Source: the human T2T-CHM13v2.0 reference genome, Homo sapiens
Direction: 5' to 3' (one strand)
Assembly (NCBI RefSeq): GCF_009914755.1
Contig: NC_060943.1
DNA: 64,000 nt
Part shown: positions 26,101-47,114 of the stretch, piece by piece
Numbering within the stretch: position 1 is the stretch's first letter
Layout: the number at the start of each line of letters is the position of its first letter
The notes under the pieces: generated by a model
The model's input: only the letters and a program-made list of their open reading frames with translations
What the model was told of the DNA's origin: nothing
Database searches by the model: none
Translations under genes and position numbers: made by a program

Positions 26101-27155
26101 TTGTTATTTTAGGTTAAAGCATTGGATAGAACACCCAGTGTCACCTTGTCTACCTCCAGGACATGCTGCAGGGCCCACTCTATGGAAGTCCCTCTAACAA
26201 ATGCTCTATGAACACCCTGGTGTTTAGTGCTTCTTTCTTTGGAATCCCAGCAGCTCTATCACTGGACGGTTTGGTGCACTCCTTTGATGGAATTCCTCTG
26301 GGCTGCTTGGGGTCCACTCCAGCCTCAGGTGTAGCTGGAGGACGCAGCCTCCCACCTTGGTCTGGAGCCCTGAGGCCCTCACTGTCATTGCAGATCCCGA
26401 GGTTCCTCTCCCACCTCCATTCAGTGGTGGAAAACTCCATTCTAATTACCCCTTGAAGGTCCTGGGACCCTCTGGCCTCTGTTCTTTCTTGTGGATCCAC
26501 CTACACTTGGGAACTTCCTCACCTCTTTTTCTGCTCATGACATTGATGCTCTGGGTATTTCAGAAATGCCTCATGTACATTTCTCCATTAGGGTCAGATG
26601 TGAGATCCAGAGTGGACACATCAATCATCTACACAGACTGGGGGGTCCAACATCGAGATCCTTTCACATCCCAAACAGTTCAGGTCTTACCCTGGTCTGG
26701 AAATCAAGCACAAATGAGCCCCTCCGAATGTCCCAGGCACCACTGACCCAACAACCACTGTGACCAGTGGGATTCATGACAACAATCTGCAAAGGAGGAA
26801 ACTGAGGCTCAGTGATGGGACATTACAAACCAAGGTCATGTAGGCAGCGGATGATAACCAGTCATCAAATAAATATCAACTCCCTCCCCCACTCCCCAAA
26901 TCAAAGCTCAAACATAAGTCATTGTTCTCAAAACGTTGAACAGGGATTGAGGTGCAGAGGGATGGCCAAGTAAGCAAAGGGCACCGAGGAGGCAGGAAAG
27001 TCTCAGATGTTTGTTCCCAGCGGGTGGGAGTGGACACTGTAGCAAAATATTTTAAAAAGGGGAAGTTGAGAGGGGACTATTTGGTTGAAAGAAAACCCAC
27101 AATCCAGTGTCAAGAAAGAAGTCAACTTTTCTTCCCCTATTTCCCTGCATTTCTC
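23160..27155 (+). repeat. LILRA1 upstream block, paralogous to the LILRB1 upstream block at ~59480-64000
   Basis: Colinear, highly similar sequence; the spurious ORFs 25315-25905/62073-62669 and 26163-26456/63026-63274 match each other. Confidence 0.92.
24970..25738 (-). mobile_element. MER21-like solo LTR (paralogous copy ~61255-62495)
   Basis: The minus strand begins tgtgatgttgtgatacacactggttttcacccgcggttcctggcttataactcc; family assigned from recall. Confidence 0.6.
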
Positions 27156-27296
27156 CTCTGTGCTCACTGCCACACGCAGCTCAACCTGAGCTACACAGCC
27201 AGATGCGAGATGCTTCTCTGCTGATCTGAGTCTGCCTGCAGCATGGACCTTGGTCTTCCCTGAAGCATCTCCAGGGCTGGAGGGACGACTGCCATG
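27055..27296 (+). promoter_or_regulatory. LILRA1: LILRA1 proximal promoter and 5' UTR exon
   Basis: PU.1 motif AAAAGGGGAAGT at 27055-27066; the exon spans ~27155-27296 and ends gccATG|GTAAG. Confidence 0.8.
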
Positions 27297-27759
27297 GTAA
27301 GGACCCCACAACGCTGAGCTGATGGATGGCTGAAGGAGGGAGGGTGACCATGTGGGAGGCTGTGAGAAGGAAAGGGAAGCCTCCGTTACCCTCATCTGGA
27401 AGGGCAGACGCAGAAAGCACCAGTTCTATTTGCTGCTACATCCCGTCTCTCAGTGAGAAGAGGAGAAACCAGACAGACAGTGGCTGGGGGTCAGGAAAGA
27501 CCCCATTACAGTCTGAAATGTCTGCAGAGGGCCTGGTTCCTGCCCCCACCTCAGCTCTAAAAGAATGAGAGTCAGGCTCCTGGTAGGGTAGTTCTGCTTC
27601 CTGTGTGGCTGCAGATGACAACACCCCATGAGAAGGACCCAGCCTCCGAGTGTCCACACTGGGTGGGAAGGAGGGGAGGCTATTTCTCTCTGTGTGTCTC
27701 TGTCCTGCCAGCACCGAGGGCTCATCCATCCGCAGAGCAGGGCAGTGGGAGGAGACGCT

Positions 27760-34332
<6,573 letters not shown>

Positions 34333-35523
34333 GATGCAGCCGGGAGGTGAACAGCAGAGAGAAGAATGTACCCTTCAGAGTGGTGGAGCCTTGGGAACAG
34401 ATCTGATGATGCCAGGAGGTTCCGGGAGACAATTTAGGGCTGATGCTATCTGGACTGTCTGCCAATCATTTTTAGAGGGAGGAATCAGTGTTGGATTGCA
34501 GAGACATTTTCTGGAGTGATCCATGAAGGACCATTAACCTGTGATACCTTTCCTCTCTATTAATGTTGACTTCCCTTGGTTGGATCCTCTTCTTTCCCCA
34601 CCCCCAGACAGACATGAGGCTACATCCCACATGGCAGCGTTGGGTCCACACCTCTGCACATCTGTGTGCTCTGGTCCATGGTGTGTAACGCAGTCTTCTT
34701 TATTACTCATTGCCATACTCCCTGGTGTGCTTTACTGAGCCTCCATCTCTTCAATTCAGAGTTCCAAACGTGCTTCAGTAACTAAATCAATGGGAGAGTA
34801 TCGGATTTCAACCAGGAAAAGATAAATCCACCCTGATGCCCTGACACCCTCTCTGAACCCTACGAGCCCTTCCCTCCTTCTCACATGCTACCTGTGCAGC
34901 TTCTCCTTAGATCATTGTGTAACCATCACTGCCATCCTGTTCCACACATGGTCATCACCCTACACCCATTCAGCAGCCACTCCCCATTCCCTCTTCCCTC
35001 CAGCACCTGCTAACCACAAATGTGCTTTCTGTCTCTACGGATTTGCCTATTCTGTCTGAAAACATTTCAATCTCCTTTGACCTGTGAGCTCCTCACTTCG
35101 AGACTTCCTGCCTTTCCAGGCAGAACCAAAGTACACCACGTCAAAAGCAATGATAGGCATTTGCAGTGTGTTGGTGATCCACGAAAGGAAAATCACGGAA
35201 GCAGGATAGAAATCCAGCTGCAGACAAGACCTCAGGTCGATGAATCTTGACAAGCAGTTGAGCTGTTTTTTTCTACTCACCTAGGACAGTCAGGCAGAAG
35301 TATGCAAAATGACTGGGGCTGATTCTTTTCTGAATTGTCGCAAACAGCAAGAGGACTTGAGTCCTAGCATTAAAGAGTTCAACATGTCTAGGTCCAAGAC
35401 CACTGTTGTGTTTGAAGGATGTAAAACCCTGCTGCATAGGATGGAATATTTGGAGGGAGGATCCTGAAAAACATGAGGGATCAAATAGTCCTCAACTTTC
35501 TAGGACAAAGGGAGCAGCTATTT

Positions 35524-35889
35524 GCCATCTACCCTCCAGAATAAAGAAATCTTATCATTCACCATCTACCCTCTAGAATAAAGAAATCTTATCATTCGCC
35601 ATCTACCCTGTAGAATAAAGAAATCTTATCATTCACCGTCTACCCTCTAGAGTAAACAAATCTTATCATTCACCATCTACCCTCTAGAATAAAGAAATCT
35701 TATCATTCGCCATCTACCCTCTAGAATAAAGAAATCTTATCATTCACCGTCTACCCTCTAGAGTAAACAAATCTTATCATTCGCCATCTACCCTCTAGAA
35801 TAGAGAAATCTTATCATTCATCATCTACCCTCCAGAATAAAGAAATGTTATCATTTGCCATCTACCCTCTAGAATAAAGAAATCTTATT
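35524..35889 (+). repeat. 37-bp minisatellite, ~10 copies
   Basis: The unit is (g/a)ccatctaccctctagaataaagaaatcttatcattc. Confidence 0.96.
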
Positions 35890-37429
35890 AAGGACATTTT
35901 CAAAGCCTTAACAGAATATGAATGATTACAATATTATGTTTTACCTATACAGCATCTTCCAAGTTCTAGTTTGGTTGTGCCAGGCCAAACATTTGAGCCA
36001 GATTTCGGCAAGATCAAGCAGGAGACTCTGGCGTCTGTCGCTGATTACCTTCCCGCCATACCTGGCCACCAGCCTTTCCCATGGACCCCACGTGTGTCTC
36101 CAGACTCTTGGGTATGAATCCTGTGAACACACTGACCTCTGCTTTCTACATGACTGACAAGCACTATGAAATTTGCATAAATATGAATAGAAAATATACT
36201 GTCCCCACATCCCCTAAAATAAAACTGAGTCCTCACCCATGGGCTTTTGCTGGATTATACTAAGAAAAGGCAGGTCTTACAACACACATTCCATAGACTC
36301 ACATCTCAGAGAAGATTCCTTCCACAGGCTCAGGGTCCTGAACACACTGCTCCACTCTCAGGGCTCGGAGACACTCTGCAGGTGGGTCTTCACCCCATCC
36401 GGGAGCCCTAATTCCTTCTTCCTCGGTTTTTCATACAGTGATTTTTCCCAGTACTGCTGTCTACTTTCCTCTGCCAGAAATTCCTTGCTGGATCCATGGC
36501 AATCTCCTCAGGACTCCTATTTCATAAAATGGAAATGGAATTCTTCATATGCCTTAAAAAGTAAAATAATTATCCAAACAATATAAAATACAAACACCCA
36601 TCTAGCAAAATATTTCTTAGTACATCATGAATTCAAATATATATCGTACAAAATGACTGAGGATTTTATTAATTTTGAGCAATATTGAGGTTTTCTCATA
36701 ATATCTTTTTATTGTTAACTTCAAACTAAATAACAATCATGTCTGGGAATAAAATGTATAAGATAGTCATTTAGAAAAATTTGGAGATTTTTCCTTCCTT
36801 GTCCAGTAAATACTTAACATTTTACGTGCAATGTATGTCATAAATATGGGCATTCCCCCCTTTGAGGTATGTGTTCATTAATATACACACATATATATAC
36901 TCACACACACATATATACTGTACAGTGGCATCTACACATACTATATATCCACATATAATGTATTTGTATGCAATATGTAAATATATACACACATAACACC
37001 TAGAGTAAGTGTATGTATACAATATATCAGAATATATATGTGAATTCTTTTTCCATACAAACTGTGTAACATTTCTTTACACATCTACACACATATATAC
37101 CGTGTGTGTATACATATAGTGCTTATGTACATAATAGGTAAATATATACACAAATTAACATATATATGTATACATACATAGAATTTGTTTTTCTATATAC
37201 AAACCCTATAACATATGTAACTAGAGAGTTTTACCATATGTATGTAATTCAGATTGAACATTAAGTTGTATACTCATTCATTTTTTTTCTTAACCTCTCA
37301 GTTCTTGATAAATATTTCTTTGAATCACCAAATATATACAAATTTATGTTGTATATATTTCAATAACCCATGGTTAGATGAATGAAAGTTTACAATTATT
37401 TTATCATTTTTTATACCGTCTCTCTCTCT

Positions 37430-37560
37430 TTTTTTTTTTTTTAACACAGATGAGTCTCACTATGTTGCCCAGGCTGGTCTTGAACTCCTGGGCTCAAGTG
37501 ATCTTCCCACCTCAGTCTCCCAAAGTGCTGGATTACAGGTGTGAGCCACCGTACCCAGCA
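37430..37560 (-). mobile_element. FLAM/AluJ monomer
   Basis: Poly(T) followed by an antisense left-arm sequence. Confidence 0.8.
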
Positions 37561-39363
37561 CTTAATACCTTCATTAAAACATAAAACTTCACTATTTTCA
37601 AAAAAGTTTTGTATTATGTTACATTTTGTGGACTATTAATGTTTCTAATAGATAATTTTAACAGCATGTCTTTCTTCCCTTACTGATTTTAAATTATGAT
37701 TTTATATTAGATGATACTATTGTGTCTCATGCCTAATGTGTTATTGGGGGTGTTGGGCTATTTAACTCATCCTGAGTAGGGGAATCACTCTTTAACATAC
37801 GGGGTAAAAAATGAATAATTTAGAATAATTTCATGAATTTAGTTAAGTATTCGATTATATATTTTTGAATGAAGATTCATTTATCCTTGTCCTTTAGAAA
37901 AGACATGTACTCTTATATGTGTGTGTAGTTACATTCGTGTGTGTGCGTGCATGCAATTTTCAAATACTTGCCTGTTTCCCACTTTTCATCACCGGCATCT
38001 CACATCCTACATTTTGGATTCATTGATCTATCTGGATAACATCATTTAAAATTGCTTTCACTGAGTATGAAAACAGTAATATCTAGTAACTTGCAGCTCA
38101 GATAATGCTTTATTTTTCCTCCCACTTTCTCTATCAAAATAGATGAAAACATTTCTATATTAATTAAAGGGTAAGATATAACACCTGGAAGAGAAAGCAC
38201 ATCTGATGATTGAGGGATCCACCCTCCAATCCCTCCTCAGCCCTCATGCAGGGGAAGCCCAACCTAATGGGCTTCACAGGTCTGTCTTGCTCTGAGCCTT
38301 TTTCTGCTTAGGAATTGGTCCCCTGCTGACCCCTTTAACTTTTAGGTATTAACCTGAGTAAGCATAGAGTTCCTCACTTGCTGTTAATCCCTTGAGAGTA
38401 CATTTTCAACATTTCCTTGCCTTTCATTTTTCTGTTGGGAAGTCCGATCCCAGTGATCATGCTATTCTACTGACATGTTGAGTTGAAAATCACAGGACAC
38501 AAAAATGTGTTTTAAACTATACAATTTATGCTAGACAATTTCAGTCTAGCATATATACTTTTTAATCTACTTCTGGTATTTTTCAATTTATCATGGTAGG
38601 TCAAGGTTTACATTGCATGTTTAAATGTATGCATCTTAGCACTTAATTAGTCTTTCCTCGTCTCTGTCAAATGTTCAACTCTTTAATTCGTGAGCTGTTG
38701 CCAGACATTATTCTCCCTTCTTTCCTTCTGACACGTACAATAGATATGAGGTTCTCCCTCCTCACAATATTCCCCCAAATATGGTGAATTTTCACTTTTG
38801 GTGTCTCCATAGTGCATTCTGGAAAATTCTCCCAATTTTGTTTTCCAATTTAATAAATGTCTCTTTAGCTGTATCTTGACCTTGATAGAATAAATATTTT
38901 GAGTGTGCTTCTTCAACTGAATTTTTGCCTCTAGGATTTCTAACTCATTTCTCTGATGCTCATTTTTTGCCAGTATAATCCATATTCTTGTCTCAGAAAT
39001 TTAATTTCCTCTTGTATTTTTTTCAGATATTTAAACATGTTTAATTGAAAAAGGGTCTTATGCGTTCCTAGTATTCTATTTCTTTGCACATAATAATCCT
39101 TATCAACAAATGTGTAGACTGATGATCATAGCACTTTTTATCATTAGAAGGATGGCTCTTGGTTGTCTATTTTTGTTGGACACTCACCTCCTACACTCCT
39201 GAGCTACCATGGAGGGATCCTCTCAAGGCAGTTTTTAGTAATCCAGGACTGAAAATGGGGGACTGTTCCAGCTACTGATGACACGTGGCATTCATTTCCC
39301 AAACATAGTGTCTGCTCAGGTTGCTCCCAGAAGGAAAAAAATGCATGTGAAATTCACACTCAT

Positions 39364-39689
39364 GGCCGGGCACGGTGGCTTATGCTTGTAATCTCAGCAC
39401 TTTGGGAGGTCGAAGTGGGCAGACCACTTGAGGCCAGGAGTTCAAGACCAGCCTGGCCAACATGACAAAACCCCGTCTCTACTAAAAATGCAAAAAAATT
39501 AGCCAGGCCTGGTAGTGGGCACCTGTAATCACAGCTACTCAGAAGGCTGAAGCAGGAGAATCACTTGGTCATGAGAATCAGGCAGGAGAATCACTTGGGA
39601 GGTGGAGGTTACAGTGAGTGGAGATCATGCCACTGCACTCTAGCCTGGGCAACAAGAGCAAAACTCCATCTCAAAAAAAAAAAAAAAAA
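39364..39689 (+). mobile_element. AluS-like with a small internal duplication
   Basis: Full dimer; gcaggagaatcacttgg occurs twice (~39552 and ~39582). Confidence 0.9.
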
Positions 39690-40619
39690 CTCATACCCAC
39701 ACATGATACAGATACCCACATGTAAGAACTCTGCAGTGAATGAATTTGTTTCACACACACCCAGGGGAGTTGGCTCAGTGGTGGCCATGGGCCTGGGTCG
39801 GTAAATAGACATATTCCATCACAGCTTTCAGCCTTGCCCAGAGCCCTGGCCCTTCTCTGCCTGTGAGGACCCAGGGCCCCTTTTCTGTTCTGCACAGAAA
39901 TGGAAACTTCCTCCCTAATGACCCCTAATGGCACCAGACACAGATGCCCTCTCTGTTTCGTGTGTATCCTTCTCCTTCTGATGAACTTTCATTTCTCATT
40001 TTCTGGACATGACTGTGATAACCGGGGTGTTGATGAAATATTATGAGAAGCATCTCTCAAGGGCAGGAACAAAGGGGCTCTCCTTAGTGGAAACATCAAT
40101 CTCAGGCCTTGATGGTGGGCGCCAGCATCCCCTCATGCCCCCACCCCTCCTGTCTTCACCTGCTCTGGAAATTACCCATGGCTGAGCCCCCTGCAGCCCC
40201 CAGGCTCCAATGACCCAGCTCCCCTGTGATAAATGGGGTTCATGACAGGCTCCAAATGAGGAAACCAAGGCTCAGAGATGGGAGGTTACTGCCCAAGTTC
40301 ACACAGGCAGGGGGTGACACAAGAATATTTAAATAAAGACAAGATTTCCCCTCAAAGCAGAGTGCTAACCCCACGTATTGTCCCAGAACCTTGAACTCAG
40401 GAGCACAGGATGGGAACAGGAGTGTTTGAAAGAAGACGGGGGCACCAAGAAGGCAGAGTCAGGTCAATGTTGTTTCCAGGGAGACGGGGGCGGATGCTGT
40501 TGCGATGAGTCAATGAGAAGTTCGTGAAGGGAACGTTTTTGCATAAAGAAAACCCACACTCCAGTTCTGGGAAAAGAGACATGATTCCTTCCCTTGTCTC
40601 CCTGTATTTCCCCTTTCTG

Positions 40620-42050
40620 TTCATTGCCGCAATAAAGCTCAACTGGAACTGCAGAGCAAGATGTGAGATGAGTCTCTGCTGATGTGAGTCTGCCCCGCAG
40701 CCTGAATTTGCATCTTCCCTGAAGCTTCCCCAGGACTGGTGAGAAGACTGGCCATGGTAGTTTCCCCACAAGAGTGTGTTTATGGGTGAGCTGAAGGAGA
40801 GAGTGAAACCCCATGAGGAGGCTCTGAGAGGAAGGAAGAACCCTCCGTTGCCTTCACCTGGAAGGGACCAACTCAGGAAGGCACCACGTCCATTTGCAGC
40901 CACGTCCTGGCCCTTAATGAGAAGAGGACAGGACAGGCAGACAGTGAAAGGAGATGAGGAGAGACCCCATGTGTGTCTGAAATATCAACAGAAAGCCTGG
41001 TACCTGTCTCAGGCCAAGCACTAGGAAAACAAGAGCCAGGCTCGTGGCGGGGTCCGGGACAGTACACTACCCATGGAGATGCTGGTGGGAAAATCCTGTA
41101 AGGGAGAGAACCCTTCCTTTGTGTGTGTGTTCTGTGGACACCATGGTCTTATCCACCCACACAGCCGGGGCCAGTAGGAGGAAACATCATGACTCTCACC
41201 CACACGGCCATGGTCCACTTCACTGAGATTTGACAAGGGGAATGGGAGATTCTAGCATGAGAGGGACCCTGCCCCACAGTTAGGCCCTGGTCCAGTAGGA
41301 GACCCCAGGGGATTAGGGAAGATCTCAGGAAGGAGAGGACCTGCCCAGGCTTCAGGGGCAAATCTCTCAGCGGGAACTCTCTTCCAGGGCTGAGTCTGGG
41401 CCTCAGGACCTGCGTACAGGCAGGTGAGTCTGTCCCCAGCTGTCCCAGGTCCCTCCTCCTCACCGGGGACAGGGTCCCACCCCCGGGCAGCTGGGGCTGG
41501 AGAACAGCAACTCTGGGCTGACTGAGAGGGATCATGGGGGGATCTTGGGCTGAAAGCTGGGATCTGAGGGGTGGTAAATGATATAGGACCCAGTTTCTGA
41601 TTTCCTTCCAGGGACCCTCCCCAAACCCACGTTCAGGGCTGAACCAGACTCTGTAATAACCTAGGGGAGGCCCGTGGCCCTCTGGTGTCAGGAGACCCTA
41701 GAAGCTCAGGAGTGTGGTCTGGATAAAGAGGAAAGCCCAGTGTTCAGGAGCACACAGAGCTCGCCGAAGCCCAGGACAGCGTGAGTCCTCCGTCTCACTC
41801 AGGACAAAGCACCATGCAGGGGAATATTGCTGTGAGTATTTCAGTCCTGCTGGCAGGTGAGCACTCAGAGACCCCCTGCAGCTGGTGGTAACAGTGAGGG
41901 GACACTCAGGGGCCCCAGCCCCAGGCTCTGCCCTCAGGAAGGAGGTTTGCTCTTCGGGGCATCTTGCCTCTCAGAGCCCAGGCCTGGGGGATGATGTGGG
42001 AGGTGTGAGCCCCATTTAACACGGTGCCTCCTTCTCTCCTAGAATTCCAC
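40620..42050 (+). pseudogene. LILR 5' gene fragment (UTR exon, two signal exons, D1), truncated at the D2 acceptor
   Basis: The UTR exon ends gccATG|GTAG at ~40756. The signal exon at 41189-41222 has its donor changed GT>CT, and exon 41388-41423 reads LSLGLRTCVQA. D1 (41612-~41893) reads TLPKPTFRAEPDSVIT*GRPVALWCQ, with TAG at 41662-41664 and later stops. Homology ends just after the acceptor at 42041-42042. Confidence 0.92.
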
Positions 42051-42103
42051 TAATAAAGGTCCTATTTGACAGTTCCAATATTGGAAATAAGAGTTCCATC
42101 TTC

Positions 42104-42298
42104 GGCCAGGCACAGTGGCTCACACCTGTAGTCCCAGTACTTTGGGAGGCCGAGGCAGGCAGATCACTTGAGGTCAGAAGTTCAAAAGCAGCCTGGCCAA
42201 CATGACAATAACCCGTCTCTACTGAAAATACAAAAATTAACCTGGCGTGTGGTGTGCGCCTGTAATTCCAGCTACTGGGGAGGGTTCGCTTGAACCCA
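42104..42298 (+). mobile_element. 3'-truncated Alu
   Basis: Left arm plus part of the right arm, abutting L1 5'-type sequence. Confidence 0.85.
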
Positions 42299-42299
42299 C

Positions 42300-45625
<3,326 letters not shown>

Positions 45626-46309
45626 ATGGAACTAAAAATTAATAGGCATGCATCTTAGCAATATAAACTCAAGTACAAAATGGAAGAGGCCCACGTTTTA
45701 GAGATTTTGAAATTTAAAACACCTATAAATGTGATTGTATATATAGGCATGTAGGGACAACTGGGCTTCATCTGTAAGAACTACAGGTGGAAAGTGGAGA
45801 CTCCTTACTGGCCTGAGAGCAAGGAGACAGCCCTGAGTCTTGGTGTCTGAGGAGAAGAAGTATGTGTTTCTGTTCGATTCTTGGTCAGAAAAAGGTGTTA
45901 TAAAGAAGAATCTTGGTTCCCTGTCTCTTTTCTCATGCCAGATACTTATAATAGTAACTATACATGTGTATATATATGTGTATATATATATTTGTCTTTA
46001 TAAAAGCTCACATCTCCCAAGTATCACACAAAACCCTTTTTGTCTTTTTTTCTACACCCCATGGAGAAGTACAAACAGGATGTGATACTCTAATATCACT
46101 CAGTTTTCTAAAATAAGTAGGTTGCAATTTCCTATGAAGTGAAACTATTCCTAGTTCACATTGAGAAAGTACCAGATTCAGTTTCTCATAGGACCAACAA
46201 TTGTCTGGACCAAGGGAAATTACAAATGGTCTGGTCTTACATTTTTCTCCAGCTACCTGTGATGATCTCTAAGAGTCTGTTGTTGCAGATAAAAAAGTAT
46301 ATCACTCAA

Positions 46310-46606
46310 GGCAGGGTGCAGTGGCTCACGCCTGTAATCCCAGCACTTTGGGAGGCAGAGGCCGGCAGATTATCTGAAGTCTGGAGTTTGAGTCCAGCCT
46401 GGCCAACATGATGAAACCCCGTTTCTACTAAAAATACAAAAATTAGCTGGGCATGGTGGCAAGCACCTGTAATCCCAGCTACTCGGGAGGCTGAGGCAGG
46501 AGAATCGCTTGAACCTGGGAGGTAGGAGGTCACAGTGAGCTGAGACTGCCCTACTGCACTCCCAGCCTGGGCGACAGTGTTAGACTCTGTCTCAAAAAAA
46601 AAAAAA
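46310..46606 (+). mobile_element. AluS-like
   Basis: Full dimer with A tail; flanking repeat tatcactcaa. Confidence 0.9.
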
Positions 46607-46702
46607 TGTGTATCACTCAAACTGACACCTTCATGGATCTTAGAACCCTGATCATGTTCCCATGAGAATTCCATTCATTCCATTCAAGAAGATCTAACTT
46701 TC

Positions 46703-47062
46703 ACATATACACCATGGAATACTATGCAGCCATAAAAAATGATGAGTTCATGTCCTTTGTAGGGACATGGATGAAATTGGAAATCATCATTCTCAGTAAA
46801 CTATCGCAAGAACAAAAAACCAAACACCGCATATTCTCACTCATAGGTGGGAATTGAACAATGAGAGCACATGGACACAGGAAGGGGAATATCACACTCT
46901 GGGGACTGTTGTGGGGTGGGGGGAGGGGGGAGGGATAGCATTGGGAGATATACCTAATGCTAGATGACGAGTTAGTGGGTGCAGCGCACCAGCATGGCAC
47001 ATGTATACATATGTAACTAACCTGCCCAATGTGCGCATGTACCCTAAAACTTAAAGTATAAT

Positions 47063-47093
<31 letters not shown>

Positions 47094-47097
47094 AAAA
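46703..47097 (+). mobile_element. 5'-truncated L1PA2-like insertion
   Basis: 17-bp TSD aagaagatctaactttc at 46686-46702 and 47098-47114; pre-L1HS diagnostics GATGACGAGTTAG and CTTAAAGTATAAT; (TAAA)n tail. Confidence 0.9.
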
Positions 47098-47114
47098 AAG
47101 AAGATCTAACTTTC

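Noticed and set aside
35524-35889. CRISPR-like array (also 59085-59503)
   Set aside because: These are head-to-tail tandem units with no unique spacers, in a human locus; they are minisatellites.
40620-42050. Naming the fragment LILRP1 or LILRP2
   Set aside because: As recalled, those pseudogenes lie distal to LILRB4, not between LILRA1 and LILRB1; left unnamed.
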